Below, piece by piece: positions 19,091-28,525 of a DNA stretch of 32,000 nucleotides. The stretch's first letter is position 1, and the number at the start of each line of letters is the position of its first letter. Source of the DNA: Wolbachia endosymbiont of Armadillidium arcangelii. GTDB lineage: Bacteria; Pseudomonadota; Alphaproteobacteria; Rickettsiales; Anaplasmataceae. The stretch spans positions 64,001-96,000 of the forward strand of contig NZ_CP157942.1 of NCBI RefSeq assembly GCF_040207875.1, written 5' to 3'. A program made the position numbers and the translations under genes. The notes beneath the pieces are model-generated. The model did no database searches. It saw nothing but the letters and a program-made list of their open reading frames with translations, and was not told the origin of the DNA.

Positions 19091-19286
19091 TTGACTTTCT
19101 TATTAAAAGTAGGAAGTGTTTTAGTAAAAACTTCAGCAACTGTCAATCACTTTAATGAAATATTTTATGAAAAACCTCATATACCATTGCCTATAAGCAG
19201 CTTTTTCTATCTCCTACTTTAACGCAAAAGTTGTGAGGAGAGTTTGTTTTTGGTATCATATTAAATCTATAAAATTCTAGTATTAT

Positions 19287-20921
19287 ATGAACTTTAAATC
19301 GGTTGTTTTATGCATACTAGATGGCTGGGGGAATGGAATAGAAAGCAGTAAATACAACGCTATCAGCAATGCAAATCCACCCTGTTGGCAATATATTAGC
19401 TCTAATTACCCAAAATGCAGTCTATCCACTTGTGGAACTGATGTTGGATTACCAGAAGGCCAAATAGGCAATTCAGAAGTTGGCCATATGAATATTGGCA
19501 GTGGTAGAGTGGTAATGCAAAGTCTGCAACGCATTAATCAAGAAATCGAAACGATAGAAAATAATGTAAATCTAAAGAATTTTATTGATGATCTAAAAAG
19601 TAAGAACGGTATATGCCATATAATGGGATTAGTTTCAGATGGCGGTGTCCATTCGCATCAAAAGCACATTTCAGCTTTAGCAAATAAAATATCACAGCGC
19701 GGAATTAAAGTAGTAATACATGCATTTTTAGATGGCAGAGACACATTACCAAATTCAGGAAAAAAATGCATTCAAGAATTTGCAGAGAGTATAAAGGACA
19801 ATGACATAAGAATTGCCACTGTCTCTGGGCGTTATTATGCTATGGACCGTGATAATAGGTGGGAAAGAACAATTGAGGCTTATGAGGCTATCACATTTGC
19901 AAAGGCACCTCGCCACGATGATGTAGTATTGCTTATTGATGAAAATTATCAAAATAATATAACTGATGAGTTTATCAGGCCTGCAGTAATAGGTGATTAT
20001 CAAGGTATACAACCAGAAGATGGATTGCTATTGGCTAACTTTCGTGCTGATCGAATGATACAATTGGCAAGTATTTTGCTTAACAAAACAGACTATATAA
20101 AATCCTCTGTCATCCCAGTGCTTGACACTGGGATCCAGAAAGAAGAAAATATATGGATTCCAGCGTCACGCGCTGGAATGACACCAACCAGCGCTGCTAA
20201 TCTTTCATTAAAACAATGGTCATGCGAGAAATTCACTGAAGTTGCAAAATTCTCATCAATTTTAAGCATGATGCAATACAAAGCAGACTTAAAAATTCCT
20301 TATCTTTTTCCTCCTGAATCTTTCGCTAACACTTTGGGGCAGGTAATAGCAGACAATAAATTATGGCAACTGCGCATTGCTGAAACTGAGAAATATGCTC
20401 ATGTGACTTTCTTTTTCAATTGCGGAAGAGAAGAACCTTTTTCCGGTGAAGAAAGAATACTAATTCCTTCACCAAAAGTTAAAACTTATGATCTGCAGCC
20501 TAAAATGTCAGCCTTCGAGCTCACAGAAGAGCTTGTGAAAAAAATTCATTCTCAAGAATTTTCACTGATAGTTGTAAACTACGCTAATCCTGATATGGTG
20601 GGACACACAGGTAACATAAAAGCAGCCGAGCAAGCTGTGCTAGCTGTAGACGATTGCCTTGCAAGAGTGCTGAGTGCTGCTGAAGAAGTTGGTAACACCG
20701 CACTCATTATTACGGCAGACCATGGTAATGTAGAATGTATGTTCGATGAAGAAAACAACACACTTCATACAGCACACACTCTAAATAAAGTTCCATTCGT
20801 TGTATCTTGCGAAAATCTAAAATTAAGAGATGGAAGACTATCTGATATTGCCCCTACTATTTTACAGCTACTTGGACTCAAAAAGCCAAATGAAATGGCG
20901 GGTAGTTCGTTGATTGTATAA
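19287..20921 (+). CDS. gpmI: 2,3-bisphosphoglycerate-independent phosphoglycerate mutase
   Basis: [94 protein letters not shown]. Confidence 0.97.
   Translation: MNFKSVVLCILDGWGNGIESSKYNAISNANPPCWQYISSNYPKCSLSTCGTDVGLPEGQIGNSEVGHMNIGSGRVVMQSLQRINQEIETIENNVNLKNFIDDLKSKNGICHIMGLVSDGGVHSHQKHISALANKISQRGIKVVIHAFLDGRDTLPNSGKKCIQEFAESIKDNDIRIATVSGRYYAMDRDNRWERTIEAYEAITFAKAPRHDDVVLLIDENYQNNITDEFIRPAVIGDYQGIQPEDGLLLANFRADRMIQLASILLNKTDYIKSSVIPVLDTGIQKEENIWIPASRAGMTPTSAANLSLKQWSCEKFTEVAKFSSILSMMQYKADLKIPYLFPPESFANTLGQVIADNKLWQLRIAETEKYAHVTFFFNCGREEPFSGEERILIPSPKVKTYDLQPKMSAFELTEELVKKIHSQEFSLIVVNYANPDMVGHTGNIKAAEQAVLAVDDCLARVLSAAEEVGNTALIITADHGNVECMFDEENNTLHTAHTLNKVPFVVSCENLKLRDGRLSDIAPTILQLLGLKKPNEMAGSSLIV
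20109..20184 (+). repeat. Palindromic repetitive element inside the gpmI reading frame
   Basis: TGTCATCCCAGTGcttgaCACTGGGATCCAG ... TGGATTCCAGCGtcacgCGCTGGAATGACA: two hairpins (20113-20135, 20158-20180) within a larger imperfect inverted repeat. The reading frame stays open. Confidence 0.85.
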
Positions 20922-21137
20922 TTTTTCGCATTATTCTCTAACTGGATCTGCACAGCTGTTGTAATTTGAAATATCGTAAGGGTGTCATTCAAGTAGCTTC
21001 TTATGTGTTGTCATCCCAGTGCCCAAGCAACAAGGACAACATTGCAAATTTAGAGTTCAAAAGAGTTATTCCTCGAGAACTATTGAGTCAGAAAGCTGGC
21101 GCTGAATTTGTATATAATGTTGATCTTGGAGGTTTTT

Positions 21138-21812
21138 ATGAATAATAGTGAGAATAAAAGAAAAGAAAAATTAGAAACTAGAATTTTATCAAGCAAAGAC
21201 AGGTCTCTGCTTGATCATGAGCTATTGGAACTTATACTGTATTCTGTATGCGAAAAAGGAGAAAGCAGAAATGTTGCAGAGAAACTAATAGCGCTGTTCA
21301 ATAGTGTGGGAAAAGTAATTAGTGCTGATCTTTATGAGCTAAAAAGCGTTGTAGGAATGAATGATGCATCTGTAGCAAGTATTCAATGTGTGAGAGAAAT
21401 TATAAAAAGGATACTGAAAGGCAAATTAGAAGAGTTATCAATTATGGATAATAGAGAAAAGCTAATAGAGTACTTGAAGGCAACAATAGGGCAGTTCAGA
21501 AAAGAAGGCTTACGAGTGATATACTTGGATCCAGGTAACCGTTTGGTGCACGAGTATGTTCAAGACACCGGAACTGTAAACAAAACACCTTTTTACATAA
21601 GAGAAATAGTCAAAAGGGGATTATTGGTCGAAGCAATGTCTGCTATAGTAGCACATAATCATCCGAGCGGAGACCAAGAACCATCTGAGGAAGATGAAAA
21701 GAATACACGGAAATTAGAGTTGGCATGTGATAATGTAGGAATCAAATTAATGGATCATGTAATAATAACAGAAAAAAGTCACTTTAGTTTTTATGATAAT
21801 GGCTTAATGTGA
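21138..21812 (+). CDS. Second RadC/JAMM-domain protein (longest ORF 21108-21812; start likely 21138)
   Basis: AHNHPSGDQEPSEED motif. TTGGAGG lies just upstream of the ATG at 21138. Confidence 0.88.
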   Translation: MNNSENKRKEKLETRILSSKDRSLLDHELLELILYSVCEKGESRNVAEKLIALFNSVGKVISADLYELKSVVGMNDASVASIQCVREIIKRILKGKLEELSIMDNREKLIEYLKATIGQFRKEGLRVIYLDPGNRLVHEYVQDTGTVNKTPFYIREIVKRGLLVEAMSAIVAHNHPSGDQEPSEEDEKNTRKLELACDNVGIKLMDHVIITEKSHFSFYDNGLM

Positions 21813-21941
21813 TACTAGAATTGAAATGGGGTGGTTTCACTTCACCCTTTTTCAAACCTTTGTTTAACTCTCTGTGGAAAAGAAAATTGTTTCAGTTTTC
21901 ATGAGAATGGGTTACTGTAACGGTAAAGTTAAGGTAAAGCA

Positions 21942-22880
21942 ATGGAGTTTTTATCATATAGTTCTGAGCAGCTCAAGCAATATTTTTTAGCACTAAGCAA
22001 TGAAGAAAAAATTACTAACTATAGAAGGTTGCTGAAAGAAGCAAAAATTTTACTTGAAAAAGAAAGTAGTGATATAAATCAGCTTAAAAAGCTAAGTAAT
22101 GCAGCCGTTGCTATAGAAGAAACTACTGAGCAAGAATTACTGAAGGAATTTAATGATGACCATCCACTGCGAGAAGTGAATGTTATAGTCTATCCTAAAA
22201 AAGATGATAGTGAAGTAAATTACTTATTCAGCTTGAGCGATTCATCAGAATTGTATGATGTGAAGGAAGATAGAGAAAAAGCGTTGTACCAGGCAATAAA
22301 ATCAAGTGATATTGAGATAATAAAGCATTTGCTAATAATTGTGTTACCTGATAACGCTAAAAAGGTACGCAAGCTAAACTCAAATTACTTAAAAGAGCTA
22401 GAAACATTTCTATCAAAAGGCTACAAAGAACTGGAAAAAAATCTTTCAAAAGATATGAAAAATTACCTTGAGAAGAAGATAAGGTTTGTCAGCTTTTTAT
22501 GCGATTTTAAATATCAAGAAAATCCAATAGAGTCATTTGCATCCCAAGCAGATGTTGATTATCAAATAGATAAATTTTTACTTTCTTTGATTGCGGAAAA
22601 TACCAAAGAGAAAGAGCTATTAAGTAAAATAAACGAAATGATGGAACTTTTAGAAAAGCATGAAAGATTTGATGAATTAGAATACAAAGTGAGGAGACTA
22701 AAATCAGAGCTTGAGGGAGGAAAAAGTAAGTACTTAGCAGAAATTATGGGAGCAAGCATCAAAGAACGAGAAAGGGAGATGAGGGAAATTGAGGAAAAAT
22801 ATATACGGCCGCGTAATTTAATAAATGAAAGGAATGATTTATTAAAGCAGACATTAGCTTTTAAAAGGTACATACATTAA
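21942..22880 (+). CDS. Coiled-coil-rich hypothetical protein
   Basis: 312 aa complete ORF. The C-terminal third is charged heptad-like (EKHERFDELEYKVRRLKSELEGGKSKYL..EREREMREIEEKY). Confidence 0.65.
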   Translation: MEFLSYSSEQLKQYFLALSNEEKITNYRRLLKEAKILLEKESSDINQLKKLSNAAVAIEETTEQELLKEFNDDHPLREVNVIVYPKKDDSEVNYLFSLSDSSELYDVKEDREKALYQAIKSSDIEIIKHLLIIVLPDNAKKVRKLNSNYLKELETFLSKGYKELEKNLSKDMKNYLEKKIRFVSFLCDFKYQENPIESFASQADVDYQIDKFLLSLIAENTKEKELLSKINEMMELLEKHERFDELEYKVRRLKSELEGGKSKYLAEIMGASIKEREREMREIEEKYIRPRNLINERNDLLKQTLAFKRYIH

Positions 22881-23127
22881 CTTTAAGTTTTATCTTATTG
22901 TTTTCCCTACCGAAGGTTATCTCACCTTGAGGCAAAGGAAAGGCTAGAATAGTCGCGTATGCTAGCACAACAAGTGCGATATGAAAGCCTACCAAAATAC
23001 TGAAAAAGGGCCTTGGACCAAATGTAGATCAAACAATTGCCAAAGCATGTATAAATATATCTTGCACCACTTGTCCACATGACTATTATATAGCCAGGCT
23101 TGGCGTAGCAGGTTTTATGAATAATAG

Positions 23128-23200
23128 TGAGGATAAGAGAAGAAAAAAATTAGAAATTCGTATTCTATCAAGTAGAGGTAGGTTCTCTAATTGCATGAAA
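23128..23200 (+). pseudogene. N-terminal RadC fragment duplicated from the 21138 gene
   Basis: ggttttatgaataatagtgaggataagagaagaaaaaaattagaaattcgtattctatcaag (MNNSEDKRRKKLEIRILSS) matches MNNSENKRKEKLETRILSS at 21138. Confidence 0.75.
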
Positions 23201-23210
23201 GTCAATAATA

Positions 23211-24426
23211 GGGAGTGTTAAATAAACTGTGTCAAACTGCATTTTTAATTCAACTCAATTTTCAATCTGTTGGGAAAGAAAATATCGAGCTGAGATATAG
23301 TCAATGCCCAATCATGTACAGGCATAGTCCATTTCTCCTCCACTTTCTTTATAGCACAATATACCTGTTTATACAAGGCATTTATGCTAGTAAATGAGCC
23401 CTTGGTTTTGGTGAATTTCCTAATTTGCCTATGTAGCCCCTCTATGGGATTAGTAGTATAGATTATCCTCCTAACTGGGTCGGAATACTTAAAATAACCA
23501 GATAGGTTTTCCCAATTATTCTGCCAAGATTATAGGGTACTTTGTGCCCCATTTTTCATCTAATTCCAACAGATAATTCTCGGCAATTTCCTTACTTGAA
23601 GCTTTTCTTTAAATCACTCAAAAAACTCTTTACTAGCTACATACTTCAGTGAGTTACGTATCTGATGCACTATACACATTCTGCATTAGGGAACACACCG
23701 TTTATTGCTGCAGGAAAGCTTTTTAGCCCATCTACACATGCAATTAGAATATCTTCCACTCCTCTCTCTTTGAGATCATTTAGTACTCCCAACCAGAACT
23801 TCACTTTCAGCTAAATAAAACTTCTTTTCTGCCATTTTGCTAATATATTATACATACATTTACTTACACAACTCCTTAAAAAACCATGAAAACTATCGGA
23901 TATACAGACTGCAGCGGACGACTACGCCATTCGTTGATTACTGTTTGTCAGTAATACTTGATATCTCTGCCGCCGATATTTTGTGATCGTAAATTTCCTC
24001 AATATGTGACGCTATATCTCCATGCCACTGGCAAATGTGCTTAAGACCTTTGCTTCAAGTTCTGTTGTTTGTCTTTTTCTAACTATTTGGGGTTCAAAGC
24101 TTCCTTCCCTGTCTCTAGGTGTTAACAACTCAAATGAGTTGTACGTAAAGTTTTTCCCATTTCTTCGATTATTTTCTTCGCTTTCACCAGACAAGTGGTG
24201 TTCTATTTCACCTTCTAGACTCGCCTCCAGCAGCTTTTTTATAAATGGTGTTAATGCTCCCTCCTTTCCTGTCAACGGTCTTCCTTCTCGTATAGACGAC
24301 AGGTTTCTAATTCTTTATAATCTACCAAACCGGTAGTTTTATTTACTTGACTCATGTCAAACCTCCGTTTTTTTATATCAATTATATTTTTATTTCTTGG
24401 TTTGACACAGTTTATTTAACACTCCC
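23211..24426 (-). mobile_element. IS256/mutator-like insertion element with degenerate transposase
   Basis: Perfect 27-bp inverted ends: gggagtgttaaataaactgtgtcaaac (23211-23237) and gtttgacacagtttatttaacactccc (24400-24426). The reverse strand encodes ALTPFIKKLLEASLEGEIEHHL and RRIIYTTNPIEGLHRQIRKFTKTKG in broken frames. Confidence 0.88.
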
Positions 24427-24971
24427 GGAAAGAATGTTGTCGATATTTTTGACATCACGTCTAAATGGCCAGAACCCCTTTCAAAAGCTACAGAATCTAG
24501 TAGCTGTCACTGCTTAGTTCTTTATTCATTCTCACAATCCGTGAACGGTTACTTTCCCACTCTGGTTTCGACAACCTTTTGGAATTCTTCTATTGTCAGA
24601 CCTGTTAGATCTCGAAAATTCCTCGGATGTTCTTTTAGATTATTAAGCTCATTTTACCTCACTTTTTCTTGCTCTTTATATAACCATTTCTCCTCTTTTG
24701 CAGCAGGTCTTTTGCTGCAGTTTTCAATTGCCCAAAATTTATGAATGATGAACCGCCTCTTCCTTTTCTGTTTTTATTGATACCTCTTTTGCCATTTCAT
24801 TGAAAAATTTGTTGAGGTCTTTTGATAGGCAAGTTATTTTATTCATCGTTACTTCTCTCACTAAAAACATATCTGTGAGAACTTGTTATTCTATCTCCTC
24901 ATATCTTTTTCCTTAATTTGACTCCTATGCTTTTTTAAACATTCCCATTTTGAAAATAGTTTAAACGAACT

Positions 24972-26003
24972 TTATAGACTGCATACAAAAGACCTAACAT
25001 CTTTAGCAATGCCTTCATAAATCGCTACTAAATCCTCACTTAGCATTGAAGGATCTCCACAATCAGAAGCACTACATATTTGTGGATCTAGAGGAATTCT
25101 GCCCAAGAGTTTTATTCTTAGCTCTTCAGACATTTTTTTTGCACCGTCTTTTCCAAATATGTGTATTTTTGAATTGTCTTGAACAAAATAGCTCATATTT
25201 TCCACAATGCCAATAATTGGCACGCTGAGCTTTGTGAACATATCATAAATTTTTCGTGCATCAACTAAAGCAAGCTCCTGTGGAGTTGAAACTATTATTG
25301 CCCCAGTTAAACTAAAATTCTCCATCAGACTTAAATGCACATCGCCGGTTCCAGGTGGTGTATCAATGATTAAATATTCTGTATCAGACCACTTTGTTCC
25401 CATTAGCAAGTTGTAAAGTGCTTTTGTGATCATAGGTCCACGCCATATTGCTGCGCAGTCTTTATCGATAAAATAGCCAATTGAAATAGTATAGAGTCCA
25501 TACTTCTCTATAGGCATTGCTTTGCCACTCTGTATTTCTGGTTTTAATTTTTCAGTGTCCAGCATTTTAGGAATCGAAGGACCATATATATCTGCATCAA
25601 CCAGTGCAACTTTATGTTTTAATTCTGCCAACGAGAGAGCCAGGTTTAGTGCAACCGTAGATTTACCCACACCTCCTTTACCAGAGGCAACAACAATTAT
25701 ATTTTCCACTCCTTCAATATGAAGTTTAGCTTTTTGCTGCCCAGCTTGCTTTTGACCAGCAGCAACCACGGTTACTTTCCCTACTCCTGGTATAGCTTTA
25801 ACAGCTTTCTCACAATTTCTTCTTAATTCTTCATTTGCCTGTGTGTTACCAGAAATCTCAAGCGCAAAACCAACATCTCTACCTTTTATGATGATTGAGG
25901 GTATTATACCAAGAGCGATTACATTTTTACCACTTTTTTGCTCTATGACTTTTTTTAAGCTCTCTCTTACGATCTTCTCATTAATCATTGTAGATTTTTC
26001 CAT
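24972..26003 (-). CDS. mrp: Mrp/ApbC family Fe-S cluster carrier P-loop ATPase
   Basis: VVASGKGGVGKSTVALNLALSLA Walker A, DADIYGPSIPKML, IIDTPPGTGDVHLSL. Confidence 0.95.
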   Translation of the reverse strand: MEKSTMINEKIVRESLKKVIEQKSGKNVIALGIIPSIIIKGRDVGFALEISGNTQANEELRRNCEKAVKAIPGVGKVTVVAAGQKQAGQQKAKLHIEGVENIIVVASGKGGVGKSTVALNLALSLAELKHKVALVDADIYGPSIPKMLDTEKLKPEIQSGKAMPIEKYGLYTISIGYFIDKDCAAIWRGPMITKALYNLLMGTKWSDTEYLIIDTPPGTGDVHLSLMENFSLTGAIIVSTPQELALVDARKIYDMFTKLSVPIIGIVENMSYFVQDNSKIHIFGKDGAKKMSEELRIKLLGRIPLDPQICSASDCGDPSMLSEDLVAIYEGIAKDVRSFVCSL

Positions 26004-27011
26004 AACATATGATAGAATTTCTTCTATCAGTGTATACTAACATAAACTGCACTTACTTTAAAATGGGGCTATAAGAAATATGTTGAATCACAAAAACTTA
26101 ACACAAAAACAACGAATTTTGTATTTTCAATTAAGAAAGGCCATACGGAATAAAAGGAGCATCAGTAATATCCTGGAATCAGCTTCAAAGAATGATTTAC
26201 TAAAAGTTCTTACAATCGGATACATCACACGATTTCCAAGAGGTGGTGGACGCACTTTAACACTACTTAGCTTAGCCATATTCAAATGTAATGATGAATG
26301 TATTAATTCTATTTTAACATATTCTCAAAATAACAGTATACTGCAAGAGATTATTAATATTGAAAATATGATAGAATATCAAGGTAGTCTGATTTATACC
26401 CTAACATCGCTTGGCTTTGCTATACATCAAAACAAGGAAAGATATATTAATACTATTTTAATAAAAGCTCAGGAAAGTGGTATACTACAAGACATTCTTG
26501 CTGCTAGAAATATTATAAAGCTAAATATTATAGCATATGCTTTAGCACCACTTAGTTTTGCTATTTATCAAGGTAATAACGAATGTATCAATTCTATTTT
26601 AGAACAAGCTCAAAATAATGGTATGCTGCAAGGCGTTTTTGCTACTGAAAATATTGTAACACGGTTTTTAGATCGTCTTACATACATTTTTACACCGCTT
26701 AGCTTTGCTATATATGAAAGTAATAAAGAATGTTTTAATGCAATTTTAACAATCGCCAAGAATAATGGTATATCGCAAGATATTCTTAACAATCGGACGT
26801 ACATTTTAACATTGCTTGGTCTTGCTATATATAGAAACATCAATGAAAATGAACATGTTAATTCTATTTTAATGCAAGCTCAAAATAATGGTACACTGCA
26901 AGAAATTCTGGTTGCTAAAAATATTGTACATTCTCCAAGTGGTTGGATGTACAACTTAACATCACTTGGATTTGCTATACATGAAGGTAATCATGAACAT
27001 GTTAATTCTAT

Positions 27012-27984
27012 AGACCCCCTGCGAAAGTAGAGAAAAAGGAAGAGAGAGATAAAAAAGGATGTAAAATAATAAATTTAGCAGAGGTAAAATGACAATAAGT
27101 TACGAAAAAATAGCAAAAACACCTTATATCTTTTACCAACTAACAGGGTTAAAAGTAGAAGAATTTCAAAAAATAGTGAAAAAAGTTAGGCAAGAGTGGG
27201 AAAGGATAGAAAAAGAGAAGAAATGCCATGGAAGGAAATCACGCATTGGAACATTAGAAGATAAAATTTTATGTGTATTGATTTATTATAGAACTTATAT
27301 AACTCATCCATTTTTAGGTTATTTGTTTAATTTGCACAACTCCAATATTTGCCGGCTATTGAAAAGAATGGAACCGTTACTAGCTAGAAAAATTACGATC
27401 AAGAAGGATAGAGCAATGACACCAGAGAAGATACTAAAGGTTTTAGCAGATGTTACAGAGCAGTCGATACAAAGACCTAAAGATGTTAAGAAACGAAAGA
27501 AATCCTATTCAGGGAAGAAAAGGTCTAACACAATAAAGACTGAAATTATTATAGAAGAAACTGGGAAAATTTTGTCTGTGTCAAAATCACATAGAGGTAG
27601 AGTGCACGATTTTCTCATAAGAAAACAGGAAAAGTTTCTTTCAACTAATAGCATAAAATATGCTGATTCTGGTTATCAAGGTTGGCAAAAGTTGCAGAGT
27701 AACGTTTTGATACCGTATAAAAAATATCGCAAAAAGCTACTAACAGCAGAGCAAAAGGAGCATAATCAGAAGCTTGCATCGTTTAGGATGAGAGTAGAAA
27801 ATAAGATACGGGAGATCAAGATTTTCAAGATTATGTCGCACGTTTACCGCAATTTTCAGAAGAAACTTAATATGAGATTTAATATTATCTCTGCTATTAT
27901 TAATCTAAAGCATGCTTTTTAATTAGTTTCTGTTCCTACACTTTCTTACCCTATTTTGTTACTTACCCGTTTCGCAGGGGGTCT
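27012..27984 (+). mobile_element. Intact IS5-family-like insertion element (973 bp)
   Basis: TIRs agaccccctgcgaaa (27012-27026) and tttcgcagggggtct (27970-27984), flanked by TAT at 27009-27011 and 27985-27987. Removing one TAT restores the host repeat frame (NSILIQAQNSG). Confidence 0.92.
27089..27922 (+). CDS. IS5-family transposase (HTH_Tnp_4 / DDE_Tnp_4 type)
   Basis: 277 aa. ILKVLADVTEQSIQRP, KKRKKSYSGKKRSNTIKTEIII, HDFLIRKQ, YADSGYQGWQ. Confidence 0.88.
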   Translation: MTISYEKIAKTPYIFYQLTGLKVEEFQKIVKKVRQEWERIEKEKKCHGRKSRIGTLEDKILCVLIYYRTYITHPFLGYLFNLHNSNICRLLKRMEPLLARKITIKKDRAMTPEKILKVLADVTEQSIQRPKDVKKRKKSYSGKKRSNTIKTEIIIEETGKILSVSKSHRGRVHDFLIRKQEKFLSTNSIKYADSGYQGWQKLQSNVLIPYKKYRKKLLTAEQKEHNQKLASFRMRVENKIREIKIFKIMSHVYRNFQKKLNMRFNIISAIINLKHAF

Positions 27985-28525
27985 TATTTTAATACAAGCT
28001 CAAAATAGTGGTATATTGCAAAATGTTCTTGCTGCTAAAAATACTGTACATTCTCCAGATGGTTGGACGTATAGCTTAACATCACTTGGCTTTGCTATAC
28101 ATGAAGGTAATCATGCACATATTAATTCGATTTTAATTCAGGCTCAAAATAGTGGTTTATTGCAAGATGTGATGTTCTTGATAATCACAATGCTGCAATA
28201 TCTCCAACTGGTCAGAGGTACAGCTTAACACCACTTGGCCTTGCTATATGTAAAGGTAATATTAAATGTATTAATTCTATTCTAGTACGAATTAATGACA
28301 TACCGCAATACATCTATGCTACTTTTCAACCAACTGCAGCGATTAATAAAAGAAATGTTAGGAGTGCATTAGATGATGTATCTATTTTCCCCAAACGTGT
28401 CAGACTGCAAGAAAATATCAGAACTTAATTAGTATCCGTTTATCAGGATGGCAAAAAAGAACAGTGTCCATAACGTCATGCCAGTGCCCAGACACTGGCA
28501 TCCAGCTTTTTATCAGAAACGTTGA

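Larger units (their letters stand above)
26080..28426 (+). pseudogene. Ankyrin-like repeat protein (~48-aa period, about 8 units) split by an IS element and a 5-nt duplication
   Basis: Repeats YxLTSLGFAIHxGNxExINSILxxAQNNGxLQxILxAxNIV run through 26080-27010, resume at 27985, and continue in a shifted frame after gatgtgatgtt near 28167. Confidence 0.85.

Noticed and set aside
24427-24960. Possible additional gene remnant between the IS256-like element and mrp
   Set aside because: I could not assign any family in either strand. Frames are short and broken, so I do not call a feature.
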